Assembly: GCA_036172245.1 (NCBI GenBank)
Contig: JAYWIR010000007.1
Location: 4,216,001 to 4,280,000 of the forward strand
DNA: 64,000 nucleotides
Direction: 5' to 3'
Source of the DNA: Raillietiella orientalis
Lineage: Eukaryota
Shown here: positions 26,591 to 39,300 of the stretch, one piece after another
Numbering within the stretch: the stretch's first letter is position 1
Layout of the letters: each line of letters starts with the position of its first letter
Made by a program: the position numbers and the translations under genes
The notes under the pieces: generated by a model
Told to the model about the DNA's origin: nothing
Databases searched by the model: none
What the model saw: the letters and a program-made list of their open reading frames with translations, nothing else

Positions 26591-26646
26591 CAGCGAGAGA
26601 GCCTGCCTGCACTTCTCCCAGCGAGAGAGCCTGCCTGCACTTTTCC
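26591..26646. repeat. 28-bp direct tandem duplication
   Basis: CAGCGAGAGAGCCTGCCTGCACTT(C/T)TCC x2, one mismatch. Confidence 0.9.
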
Positions 26647-29600
26647 CTTGCGACCCGCGTTTCTGCTTCTCCCGACTCCCCGTGCCCGAGGACGTTTCGT
26701 GGGGACGGATGCCGCCTCGAGATGTCATTCTCCGGGATATCCCTGAGCGCGCACAGGCTGCGCTAACCGCATCCTCACCAGGGGAAGAGATGAGACCGAT
26801 CGCCCTCCCTCCTTCCTCTCGTCCCTCAAAGATGCTTTGCAGCTTCCCCGAGCCTCACGCCAAGGGGCTGGTGGTGCGCCGCCATGGAGGCGTCCCCTCG
26901 AGGTCCCCTTCCCGGAATCCTCGCTCCTTTGTAGCTTCTCTGTGGACTGTCCCTGGAGCGCCGGCCTTCCTGCACGCGCCCGTCTCTCCCTCTGTACCTC
27001 ATCTAGCGCTCTCGGCATCCCGAACAGCAGCCCCGGGTGGGAGCTCTCGTCAGTAGAGTCCTGAAGGAACGAGGGGCGGTTTCTCCAACGCCCTCATCCC
27101 CTAACCTGCCTTTCGTTTCCCCGCCTTCCCCTCCCCCTTTCCTCGCAGGTGCGCCGCGCCACGGAGGGGAACCACTGCTGCCGTCATGCAGAAACTCCTG
27201 ACTCGCTCCGCATCCTCTGCAGCCGCCTTGAAGTCCCCTCATCTCCATCTCCTTCTCATCGCCTTCACTTCTTGGCGACCATGCTCCCCGGAGGCGAACC
27301 CGACCAGTTTGGCTGCAGGTCAAAAGCCCCGCGTGTTTCGGTCAGGAGGAGGAGGGGTCATCGTCCCCGAATGGATCTTCCCGACCATGGAGGGTCGCGC
27401 CCGCAGAGAAGAGGCGCTCCGACGAGGGCCAGCGAGCGAATGGGGCGCGTCAGTTCTCCCTCCGCCCACTCGTCCTGCTCCCTTCCCTGTGTTCTCACCT
27501 GTCCCTCTTCCGCCCACACCCTGAGGCGGTTCGAGCCACTGTTTCTCCACAGGGGAGGAAGAGGGTCAGTTTTTCTCCTGGGAGCTGCAAGAGGAAACAT
27601 GCAGATGACCCGGTCCCTTCCTCCTGTCCCGCACAGCTCCTGACCGCCGGCGGCCCGACGGAGGGAAACCGCTGCTTTCCGCCGCGCTAAGGAGCGCCAT
27701 CTCGGAGGCGGCGGCCGCACAGGGGAAGCGCTGCTGCTCCAAGCCGCTCCAGGCACTCGCCAGTTTCCACCTCCCTCCCGGGGGAAGGCTCCGGGGATTG
27801 AGGAGGTGCTGCTCCTGGCGGACCTCCTGTCGTCACCCTCAGAGGGATGCCGAAGCGTCATGGCGGATGGTGGCCCGAAGCTGCCGCGCTCGGCAGGGTT
27901 GCTGGGGTCCCGGACGGAGGGCGCGAGCGGGAGCACCCTCCCCTCCCACATTGATGTACGGAAAGAAGCGGGATGCTCGGATCCCAGGGGGCGGCGCGTT
28001 CCCAATGTGCTCAGGTGTCCCTTCGTCGGCAGGGAGGGGAGAGGAGAAAGGGAGGGCATGGAGAGCTCCCCCATCCGGCTGCGGCATGCCAGCTTCCGGA
28101 GGAGCTCGTCATCCACCGAGGTCCACCCCGGCGACCTGTGCCTCCTCCCAGAACGCAAGGGAGGAGACCTTCTCGCGTTTCCAAGAGTAACGAGGAAAGC
28201 CGGGAAGGGGGGGGATGAGATGGGAGCGGAAGGCGTCTTCTTCAGGAGAGAGAGCCGCAGAGCTGCGGCAGCTTCTCAGAAGGAATGCACGGGAGCAGGG
28301 GAAGCCGCTGGGATAGGAGGGAGGAGCGGGAGGAAAGGGAACAGGAAGAATGGAGCCTGGCCCGGCGGAACGCCCCTCGACCGGGCCGGGAAACGTGGCT
28401 CTCGGGCAGGCATGGCTCGGAGCTCATCCCCATAGAGGTTGGCGCGCGGACTCGAGGGAGAACGCGTGGAAGCGCGGAGGCTCGTGTTGCGTTTCGTTCC
28501 CTCCTCCTCCCTCCCTACCCTCAGGCGTGAGGAGGAGCCCCGTACAGGACGCAGATTCCCCCCTCTCGAGGGCAAGATCACGAGGGGGGAGGGTCTGTGG
28601 GGTAGGGGAGGAAGGGTGAGCGGATTCTTTGGCTTCCTGGCACTCCCGTCGAGGCGGGCGCTCGGGAGATCCCACGGACGGTTCCATTGAAGAGGGGGCA
28701 GGGGGTTGGAAGCGGCTACGATCCCTGTGTACCTCCTCCCTGCTTCCTTCCCTCCTCTACGAATCGACTGTCGTCCGGAGGGGGGAGGGGAGCTAACGAA
28801 GACGTGATCCACCTTCCAGACCACGGAAGAGGTCTGACGGGGGGGCGCCGCGTGCGGCGGAACGAAGGAAGGACAGCGGGTCGAGGAACGCGGTCCTCTC
28901 TCCTCCTCCATCGCTGCTTCCCCTTCCCACCTCTCGCTTCGCCCTGACCTTCACAAGGGTCCCGCCGCACTGGAGCCTTCGCACGGGAGCCACTCCACCC
29001 CCGCCCCCGCTTCCTCTCGACGGTGCCGTGACGCAACGGCAAGCTCCCGGGATATTTTTCGTGCGTGCCCCCCCCCTCTCGCTCGCCCTTCCCACTTCCT
29101 ACCGCTCCCTCCAGCTTATCGTCCGCGGTCGCCTCTGCGGCGCCGCCTCCTCGTGAGGGGGGGCAGGGGCGGGGTAGAGGACGGGCCCTTGCGCGAGCCC
29201 CAAATCCGCCGCCGCCCCTCGACTCCAGCCGCAATCGAGAGGGACGGATTATCGGGGGCTATCCGTCGGCTGGGGTGAGCGCACGCGGCGCGGCTCCCGG
29301 AATTAGCCCTTCCGAAAGGCGCTTCCTGTTCGTCGCGAGGGGGGACGTCAGCGGCACCTGTCGCGGAGGAGGGGCGGGTGGCGGCGGCGGACCCTCCTTT
29401 GTTCTCCCTCCTCTCCCCTTCCGCCCGGAAGGAGGGCGGGGAGAGGTCCGGCCGGGTTCGCCCCCTCGGGCCGGGCGGGGAAAGGACCGCGGCACTGAGG
29501 ACAGGGTGGCAGGGAGGACCCGCGGGTCGTTCCGACCCATCGAGCGGTTTTGCGGCGTTCCCCATGGGAGAAGACGCGGGAACCCTGCGGGTCCGGTACG

Positions 29601-31799
29601 GGACGGATGGGATGGGGGGGGGAGGGAAAACTCGCACCCCGGGAAGGGTGGCCTTGCGCGAGCCGTACGGTGCGCCTCGTTTTCTTCTGGGGGAATGACC
29701 TCTGACCCCTTCTGCGCTAAGCCCCTCCAGGCCGGCACGGAAGGGAAGGAGGGGAGAGAGGTAAAAGGGAGAGGGAAAAGGAGAGGAAAAGAGACCCCGT
29801 TCTTGAGGGAAGCGCTGTCGGCTCCGAGCGATGGGCTCTAAGGGGAGGCAGAGGGAGGGCAGGGGGCCGGCGTCAGTGGGCGCGCGGCACCTTGGAGCCA
29901 GCGGCGAATTCCCAAGTCCCGTGCCGGATCACTCGGGCGCCTCCCAAGGGAGGAAGCGAAAGACTCGCTCACCATTTGCGCGAGCGGGGGCGCAGCAAGG
30001 GGAATGGGATGGGTAAGGACGGAGCCGCAGGCGGCGGGTCGCAAGGAGGTCTTGGGAGTGGCTGCGACCCCCTCAGCCGCCCCACCAGCAGACGGCTCCA
30101 CCCGCCTCCCCTACGCAGCGGGTGCCGGGGTTAGCGGGCATCCCCCGGAGGGAGGGGACGAGGCGAGGGGCCGCAGACTCAACCGCCTTCCGAGAGGGTC
30201 TCGGACCCCGAGGAGGAGACCGGGCAACGGTGGTGGGGGTAGGGCGGGGCGATCTGCCGGCAGGTGCCGCCCCCTCAGCGGTGGAGGCGCATCTCTCCCG
30301 TTCCCTCTTCCTCCGGCGGAGGCCCGCGACCTGAACTCTCGATCCCTCTGAACGGGGAGTGAGTGAGGGAGGGAGGGAAGGCGTCCCTTAGGGGTCGCGG
30401 TCGCCCGCCAATGCCGCGAGGGTTGCGGAGGAGAAGCGGAACGAGGAGACAAGGGAGCAGGGACGCGATCTTTCCTCCCCGCTCCGTCGCTCGCGCTGGC
30501 CTCTTCTCCCACCCCACCCCTAATCCGGAGAATCCCGGGGGTGGTCGGTCGGATCGGAGATGGAAGGCGAGGGGGAGGGGGAAGGGAGAAGAACTCCCGG
30601 AAAGAGGCTGAAGAAGGAGGAACCGGGGACTCACTGCAGCTTCCCCAACGCACACGCAGACACACGCAGCACCCCTTCCCTCCGCCAAGATGGCGCGCTC
30701 AAGGGAGAGTGTGGGGGGTAGAGGGGGGAAGAGGAGGCATCGGCTCTCCTCAAAAAGGAAAAGAAATTTGCATAGGGAAGCAGTTAGCCGGGATTTCCTC
30801 CCAGGAGCCCGCGGCTCAGCCCCGGCCGCGGAGGCGCCATTTGCGTCTCCGCGATTCGCGCCGGTCGGTATGGAGACGTCGCGCCTCCCCGCGCTTTGTC
30901 TCCCGGCCGGCGAGATGGCCCAGCCTCTGCCGAAGAGTGGCTGCCGCCTCGGATTCATTAGAGATGATTAATCGAGGCCGCCGCCGGCGACAAATGCGCG
31001 CCCGTGGGCGCCCACCTCCCGGCTGCCTCCCTCACCCCTTCCTCCCCCTACGGAATTGACCACTTCCCCCCCCTTCTCCGCTCCTCCCTTGCGATCGGCG
31101 CGAAGCTGCCATTCCCGTCGGGGAGGGGGAAGAGGGGGAGGGGACGGATCTGCAGCTCTCCCCCGCTCCAGGTGCTGATCCGGGGGCGGGACGAGAGAGC
31201 GCGCGCGCCTCGCTTCCCTCGGGTTCGTCCCGGAGAAAGGGAGCGGACAGGAGCTCACCTTCCTCCCTTCTTCTCGTCTTCCCTCGGACCGCCACGCCGC
31301 CCTAGTGCCTAGGGAGACCCTCCGGACTAGGCCGCCGCAAGCGAGGATCCACATGCCTCTGCACCTGGAGCCAGGAGAGCGCTTCCTGGGATCTCCGCTG
31401 CCTTCTCAGGAAACCCTCTGGGGGCGTTCGCTCCACCTCGCCTCCGAGTCGAGGGGGCACGGAGGTGCTCAGGACCCTTCCAGGTGCTCCCTCCTTTCCC
31501 GTTCCCTGTCTCTGAGACTTTGCACGGTGCGCGGAAGAGCCGCCCAAGGACGGTGCCCTCTTCTGGGGGTCCTCCGCGTGCTGTGGAGGCCCCAGAAGGG
31601 GACGTTTTCCATGGGCTGTCCAAAAGAAGCCACTCTGAGGACTCCCCGTGCGAGGAACTTCCGAGAGCTCGCGGGTGGCAGAGGAGCTCCGTTTCCCGGT
31701 CAGCAGTATGGGGAGTCGGAAATCGGGAGGAGGGAGGGAACAGCACGCAGGGGAGTGGGGGATGGGGCCCAAGAGCGTGCGAGACCGGCAGAGTCCTCT

Positions 31800-33370
31800 C
31801 GGTCGCGGAGGAAAGCTGGGGTGGATGGAGGAAGTCCTACTGCAGCCTGCAGGTGGGCGATCCCTTGAGCTGTGTCCGGGCTTCCCGGACGGACTCTCTA
31901 GCCGAGGAACGCGCGGAGGGACGGGGATCGACCGCGGGTCCTTCGCTTTTCAGAGAGACGGGAGGGTATGAAAGAGGGGCGAGCAGCGCGGGATGGGAGG
32001 CGGAGGACAGAAAGAGATGCGTGGGGGAGGGAGGAGTAACCTTCCCACGCAGGCTGGAAAGACATCCCCTTTACTCCCGATGCCTCGGCGCGTATTTGGG
32101 AAAGGGATTGTCGCTTGACCCTCCGCATATCCGGGAATCACTTCACCCTTTCCAGCTCCTTTCCCCTTCTCCTGGAATCACCCCTCCTCCTCCCAAAGGA
32201 AGGATTAGGGAGCGCGTCTCCCTAGTTCATCCTTTGGGAGGGAAGGCGCCTGCCTGTTGGCTTCCAGGTCTGAGCACCGACTGCTTTTTTCACCCCCATC
32301 CCAGCGGCTGCCAGCCCCACGCGGAGACAGAGAGAGCCTCAAGGGAGGGCTGGCTTGGGGACTCGCACCTCACCGACGAGTGACCTCCCTTTCCGGTAGC
32401 AGGCAGGCTCCAGGGAGGGAGGGAATGGGGGAGGGGAGGAACGCCAGGAATCTTTCCGGTTTCCCCATCTTCGGCTTTCGGGAACCCAGCGGCGCCTCCC
32501 AAGCAGTGTAGGCGACAGCCCCCATGAATCAGGCCGCCTCGCTCGTTGCGTCCTCCCCTCGTAAACGGGCGGAAAGACCGGGAAGAAGGGAAGTCCCGGG
32601 GTCCTTGCGGTTCCCCCTTGGCGGCATGGGCGGTGGAGGAAGGAAGAAAGGGACCGAACTCCAAGGAGTCGCAAGAGCCGGAAGTGGGATTCTCTCTCTC
32701 CTCGAACGGGGACAGGAGGGAGTCCAGCGGGGAGACCACTTCCAGTCCCGTACCCGTGCGGAGAGAAAGCTCCTGAGGATATCCTCCAGAGCACCCAGGA
32801 AAGCTGAGCGAGGGACGGGAGAAAAAGGAGAGAGGACAACGGTGGTACCCTAGAAGGTCCCGTGAGCGGTTCCGAGATTACCTTCCTCAAACGTGATCCC
32901 ATATGAGGAAAAGGAGCAGAAAGAGGAAGGAGAAGGAGGGAGGGGGAAATGGAGTACCTTCCGCCTTTGTGCCATCGGTTGGTTCCTGAAGAGGAAGAAA
33001 GGGAAAGGCAGAGAGCAGAGGCATAGTGGCTTCCTGCTGCTGCCAGGATCGCTAGGGATGTCACTCCCTCTCCACTCGCGGAGTGTGTCCCTTCAGCTCA
33101 CGAGAGCCTCCTGACGAAGTGCAACGCCACCCTTTCCAAGAGAGGGGGGTCGAGCTCATCCCGGTTCTTCGAGCTGTCAATCCAGCTTTGATCCGGGAGA
33201 CGTCAGGCGGAAGGACCCTCCCTGAGCCTATCGTCCTCTTCTTCTGGCCGAAGAACCTCCAGACTTTCCAGAAGGAGGAGCGGAAGGCAAACGGGAAGGA
33301 GGAGAATATCTTTCCCTCCCGTGTCCTCGTCTTCGCTGACCTCCCTCTCGAAAACGCCCCTTGAGGGGTT
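31800..33370 (+). mobile_element. Possible highly eroded non-LTR RT relic
   Basis: LQVGDPLSC (cf. QGDPLSP), YSRCLGAYLG (cf. YKYLG), FPLGGMG (cf. GGLG) and VLVFADLPLENA (cf. DV..PFEN) occur in the expected order. Weak. Confidence 0.25.
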
Positions 33371-36300
33371 GAACCTTTCGGGTCATTAGCTTCGAAAGGG
33401 AGATGGTAGGAGCAGCAGTGGGAGGAAAGGAAACAGGAATGGCGAAGGTCACTTCCCGGAGTGTCCGATCTCTCCCCAAGGAGCGGTTCATGACTCCTCC
33501 TCCTACCCGGACTCCTCCCGGTAGGAGGAGGTTAGGTCCAGGTTCCTCGCACACTAAGAGATGAGTCCATCACTCCAAAGACCCATAGTGCCTGGGCAGA
33601 GAGAAACGAGAGGGTACCGACTGGAGAGGATGAGGTCGCTCCAAGGGAGCGGCGGTCAGGAGCTCGACCCACCATCGGCTAGAGGGCGAAGCAGCGTGGC
33701 AGCCGCTTCCTGCTGAAGTAGCGGGAAAGCGGAACAACCCGGACAGGAATCCCACAGGGGATAACGTGGGAGAAGTGCGGCTCCCGGAGACGTTCCGAGA
33801 GGCTACGAAGGAGGCATGAACTCCCGGGAGCGAGCGCACCCGTGTGGTTGTGGAAGCAACCTCATGGGAGGCTGCCTCTGAATTCCAAGCACGAGTTGGA
33901 ACACCTGGAGCCCTTGCAGACGCATTCGGAGGGCAAGCTCTTCGGGCTTGCTGCGAACACGTCTTCAGCAGCCTCCGTCGCTCCTCGGACGCACTCGGAG
34001 GGCGGACAGTTAAAAAACGGCTCAGGCAGAAGGCATACCCGCTCTTCAAGTCTTGGTGACCCAGTGGGCGCTGCTGGAGTGACCCTGCGCACGCCGCTGG
34101 AACTCGACAAAACGTGCTCTGGGGTGGTTCATGCAGCGACCACTTTCTTCCCTGTTCCTACTCGCTGCATACGTGACGGCGTACACCCTTAGCCTCCCAC
34201 TCACGCGCCGTGTGCGCCCGCGACCTCTCGGAGCGCGGGGCGTTCTGCCCAGCGTGCGAGCAAGCGCCGCTGGATGCGGGTTCCGTGCCGCGCTCGGGGG
34301 CGGCGCAGGTTGGCGCCCGCGCTGTCTCGAGGGCGCCAGCTCGGCTGTGAGGGACGGTGGTGCAACCCGCTCGGAGGAAAGAGGAGCAGAAGCGCTCCCG
34401 GAACGCGCGTGTTCCGCCGCTCTCGCATGCGCGCCTCCCCGAGTGGAAGCGGACCGGTCCCGCGGCGGCGGCAGCAGCAGCAGCCGAAGACGCTGCTGCC
34501 GTTTCATCTTTTGTAGGGGGCGCATCCGCTCCTCCTGGATGATTTTTTTTTGTTGTTCTTTTTTCTTTTTTTTTTTTGGAGCAAACCGTCATTTTTCTCG
34601 AGCCGGCTAAGCATGTCTAATGAGAAAGGGGTGAGGGGGGCATTTTTAATCCCTGCTTAGAGAAAAAAGTCATTAGCCGGCGGAATGACACGAGTCTTTT
34701 CGGGACCGAGCCACGCCGACATCAATCTCTTGCATAGCATCCGTGTTGGGCTTCCTTTTCCTTCTCTTTTTTTTTTTTCCTCTCTTCCTGGATGATGATG
34801 GGGAGGAGGGGGAGGAGGAGGAGGACAAAAGCACACTTTCATTAATAAGGAAAGCCGTATCTGGAACCGATTAGTAAAGAAGAAGTTAATTTGGACCCCT
34901 CCTTTAATTAATGGACCCGAGATTTTCCCTCTCCTCTTCCAGACGCGGGCGGAAGGCGCACAACGGCGACCATCTTCTTCTCTTCCTTCCTCCCCCCCTC
35001 CCCTCTTCCCTCTGCCTCGGTCGGCGAGAGCTCCGCCCCACCACGGGGAACACCCGGGGCCCTTCAGCCGTCTTCCCGGCGGCTCCTGAGAGCTGCTGGC
35101 ACCCGCGGGCGGACGGGGGTGGGCAAGGGCGTGAGTGTCCCGGGGACAGCAAGGGACGTTTCCCGACCTCCGCGGCGGACGGCGAGCGCCCCCTCCGTCC
35201 CTCACGCGGGCGCGCACGCTCTCCCCATTCTCTCTGACCTCCCACGCTGGCGGAGCGCACGCGCCCCTGCCGAGGCCACTGGAGGAAAAGACGGCGACGC
35301 CCGAAGAGAGCCGCCGCCGAGGTGTCTCGCCAGGGCAAGTCGCTCCTTCCCCTCCCCTCGCCCGCCTCCTCCCCAGAGGCGCACGCAGGAGCTCCGGGAG
35401 CCGGAAGAGCTCGCAACCCGCGCGTCCTAATCGCGAGTCACGACGTAACAAATGATCGGCGAATCGGGAAGCGAACCCTCCCGCGTGATTAGGGCGGGGA
35501 CGGCTCTGCCACGGAGAGCGCTGCTGCGGGAGCGCGCCGCCCTCGAGTGACGTGCCATGCGTCGTCACTCGAGAGCACCTCGGGCGTGACCCCCCCTCCC
35601 CCCGGACAGCAACCCGATCCGCCTCTGCAGGGCTCGCCGCGGGGGCACCGCCCGGGGGAAGGGAGGAGGAAGGGTCGGGAGATGATCCCCTACCGCGCCC
35701 GGGCCCGCACCAACGGACAACCAAGAAGGCAGGCCGAGGTGACCCGAGACTACCACCGGGTCGCGGATACCTCCTGGAAGGACGTCCACCTGCGCTGTCG
35801 GTCGCATCTCCCGCACCCGGTCCACGGTGCTGCGTCCGTTCCTTCTGCGGACGAAGAGTCCCTGCACGCCGCAGTGTGCATCCCGGACTCTGGCAGAGAA
35901 TTCCCGCTCCATCTCGCCCGCAACTCGTTGGTCCACATCTGCATGAAGTGCTGGTGCGTCTCACAGCAGGGAGGTCAACAGCTTCACGCTACATCTCGCG
36001 GCGCAGAGTCCATGCAGTCTCATGACCGCTACAACTCCCCGCAGGGCATACTTACATTCGCCGCTACCTGGAGGCTGCGTCCAACACGAGAGGTCGCCCA
36101 AGATGGAGAATTGGCCAGTGCGTTTCACAGTAGAGGATCGATGCATTTCGCAAGGGAGCTCTGAAGCGTTGCTCAGCAACAGTGTTGACACTTTTCACAA
36201 TGGATCACCGTTGTGTGTCGCAGAGGAAGCTCTCCATTCCCTTTGTTCGAGGCGGAGTCCCTGCAGCTCCTTTCTTCCTGTTCCGAACGCAGACTTTTAA

Positions 36301-39300
36301 AATCTTTAAAATCCAATAATGGGGAGTCGATAACTCAAATGTCGCTGTATACAAGTCGTGTACACAATAAGGGAGGCAGCATCTGGGTTCACCCGAGACA
36401 AAGAGACTCACGGATGCCTCAGCTCCGGATGAGAAAATGAAAAATCAAACGCTACGCGAGGTGCCACCCCCCTCTCCTCCCCCACCTTGATTATCAGACA
36501 TCCATCACAAAGTGTTGGCTGTGCATGGCTGTGCTCCTCGGAAGGACTGCCGGTCGGCGTCCGTCCAGGAGCGAGGCGACGCGGGGCTCGGCAGCGCGAA
36601 GGTGGGGAACGGGGCGGCGGCGCGAAGTGGCATGGCCTCCCGGTGCGTGCAGTTCACCCACTGGAGATGCTACCGCCCCCTTTCCTCCCCTACCCTTCCC
36701 TTGCCCCCCTTCTCCGTTGCGTACCTTCCTGCCAAAGTCCCGCGCCACTGCTGAGCGTCCATCCGGCGGTCACGTCGTCCGGGAAACAAAGTCCCCGTCT
36801 GGAGAGCAGGCGGCGCCCTAGCGGGCGCATCCGGCCCGATGGACACCGACGAGTCGGGACCAGGAGGTGGCTCTCGGCTGCCTGATCCCCCTCACTCCAA
36901 CCTGTCCTCTCACTACGGCGCGCCCTTTCGGTTTCCCCTCTTCGGGTTGCCCCCGACGCTTTTTCTGCACGCCCCGTTCGCCTCTCGATGCCCCCGGATG
37001 GCCGTTCGATGGGTCTTCCTTCAGGTCGAGTCCTTCGGGTCAGACGGGGCGGACGAGCTGCTGGCACAAAAGCTACATTCCTTGGAGCGCCACGGTCCTC
37101 GTGGGCTCGCCGGAGCACCCGTCCAGCCTCCGCCACTGTTGGTCATCGTCCGACGACCGGGACGAACGTGTTCTTCCCGGAGTCCTCTCTTCGCTTTCCT
37201 TATTTTCTCCTCCCTTTGGCGCCGCGCTGCACTCGACCTCTAGGCCCTAGCAACACCCCCCCCCTTCCAGCTAGGTAGCGCTAAGGTTGCGGTCGCTACC
37301 CTTGGCGGCTGCGGCATCAAAGGGAGACGCGCTGGTGCTGCTGCTGCGGCGGCGGCAGTCGCTGTAGCACGCTCGCACGGCCCTCGCGGTCTGCAAAGCT
37401 GCGATCCCCTCCCTCTGCAGCTCGCGCGCGCTCTCCAGGATCCGGGAGCAAGCACGTGGCCGGCCCCTTCGGCCCTCAGGCGAAGGGAGAGGAGGAGAAG
37501 GAGGAGGAGGAGCCGCGGCCCCTTTCCTGGAGGCTGCTTCCGAGCTTCCGCCGCTCCTGACGGGTGATCTCACTGCCTGCAGGCAGGGGGGAAGATAACA
37601 TCGCGCCCGTGGGGATGCCCGGCCGCCGCACCTGCGCCGGAGCGAGCGGGAGGGACGGAAGGTGCCCGACAGGTGTGGGGAGATCGGATCGGGATCGGCT
37701 GAACCCAGGTCGTAGGCAGGTAAACAGAAAAGGAGGGAGGGGTCTCGCGGCCGCCCCGCCCGATCCTGGGAAGCCCGCGCTCTGCTCGAACGAATCCTGT
37801 CCCCCCCTCTTCCCTCCAGCGTGCATCCCGAGAAGAGGACCTCTCCTCAGCTCCATGGCGCGTCTGGCAGGCCTGTAGTCGCGGGTCCACAGGTTTCGGC
37901 CGCGTCACAACCGTCCACTTGAGGCGCGCGTGTCGGCGTCGACGTCTGTCCGGACCGCGTCCCTCCACGTGGCGCTCGAGGGCATCGGGGGCGTTCCCAG
38001 AGCGCTCCCGGATGGCTTCGGGCGGAGGCTGTGCGGGGAGGGAACACCAGCTACCAGAAACTACCAGAAACAAATCGCCCCCAGCGACGCCGGTGTCTCC
38101 TTCCCTCTCCCCCTCCCCCCTGCTGACACACGTCCTGAGACGCGGTCAGCTCTCACGCAGAGACCGGGAGGGGGACCAAGGTTGTCGAGGTGGCCTGCGC
38201 CTGGTGCTCCCTGGGGGGAGTCGAGAGGCGCTCTCCGGACCAGGAAGCGGGAGAGAAGAGGAGGCACCCTCGTTCGCGGATCCGGGACGCGGGGTGAATG
38301 GGTTACCACTGGCCTCCGGAGCTTGTGGTCGGCTTCCGTGCGCCCTCGCGTCGGCGGGCTGGGAGAGGGGAAGAGGACCGGGAACAGACCGGCACCCCCA
38401 TCCGCGCCCTTCCCGGAACACCGAGGCGTGGATGTCTCCGGGTTCCGCGTCATATCGGAGGCTCGCGAGTCCACTTTCCCCCTCCCCACGCCATCTCCCT
38501 TCCCGGCGCTCGGGACGGTCGGAGCAGCGCGCGCTCCTCCTCCGGGCTGCGCATCCACTTGAAGCCGCAGCGAAATTCCAGCATGCGGAAAAAACGGGGA
38601 TGGGGTGGGGGCTCTCGTGGTCGGCCGAGACCTGTCCCACCCTCTCCCCCTTTTTGCCGCTGTCTCCTCCGTCTCGAGCAGCAGGAGGAACGCTGAGGTC
38701 TCAAGCCCGGACCACCATTCTGGCGCCGCCATCGCCGCCGCCGTCCGTATCACCGGAGCAGCGTCGGCAGCGCCGCAAGGCGCGAGAGAGCCACGGACGG
38801 CACCAAGGCAGTGTCAGGAGGAACGGAGGGGGGGAGCTGAACCCCGAAGGAGGCAGGTGAAGCTCTGGACCAACTAATGAGGAGGGTGAAGGGAGGCGGC
38901 GGCGGCGGCAACGGCGCTGCTTCCTACTTGAAGACTGACGAAGACTGACAGGCGAGAGCTCTGGAGCTGAAAAGTGAAAGTCATCAATCTGTCCGCGTCC
39001 CGGGAAGGCTTTCGAGAGCCCCCGACCGACTCCCACGTGCATGGGCGAGCGCACAAAGCGCGCGCTCTTCGCCCGGGAACCCATTCATCACGCTCCCTCC
39101 TCTTCTTTCTCTTCGGCGAAGAGTCGGCGCTCACACGGTGCGACGGCTTCGCGCTCGATGATTTGCGATGGCGCTCCGCGGAGGAGGAGGCAGTGATTCC
39201 TGCCCTCCCTCCTTCCCCTCCCCCACTCTCCCTCTTTCGTCTCTCCGATGGGGATGAAGAAACCGCTCCGCGTGATCCAACCCTACCCGTTCAGGCGGCC

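Noticed and set aside
35547..36420. Possible DNA-transposon relic (ICMKCWC Cys motif, less biased composition)
   Set aside because: No DDE motifs or terminal inverted repeats could be identified.
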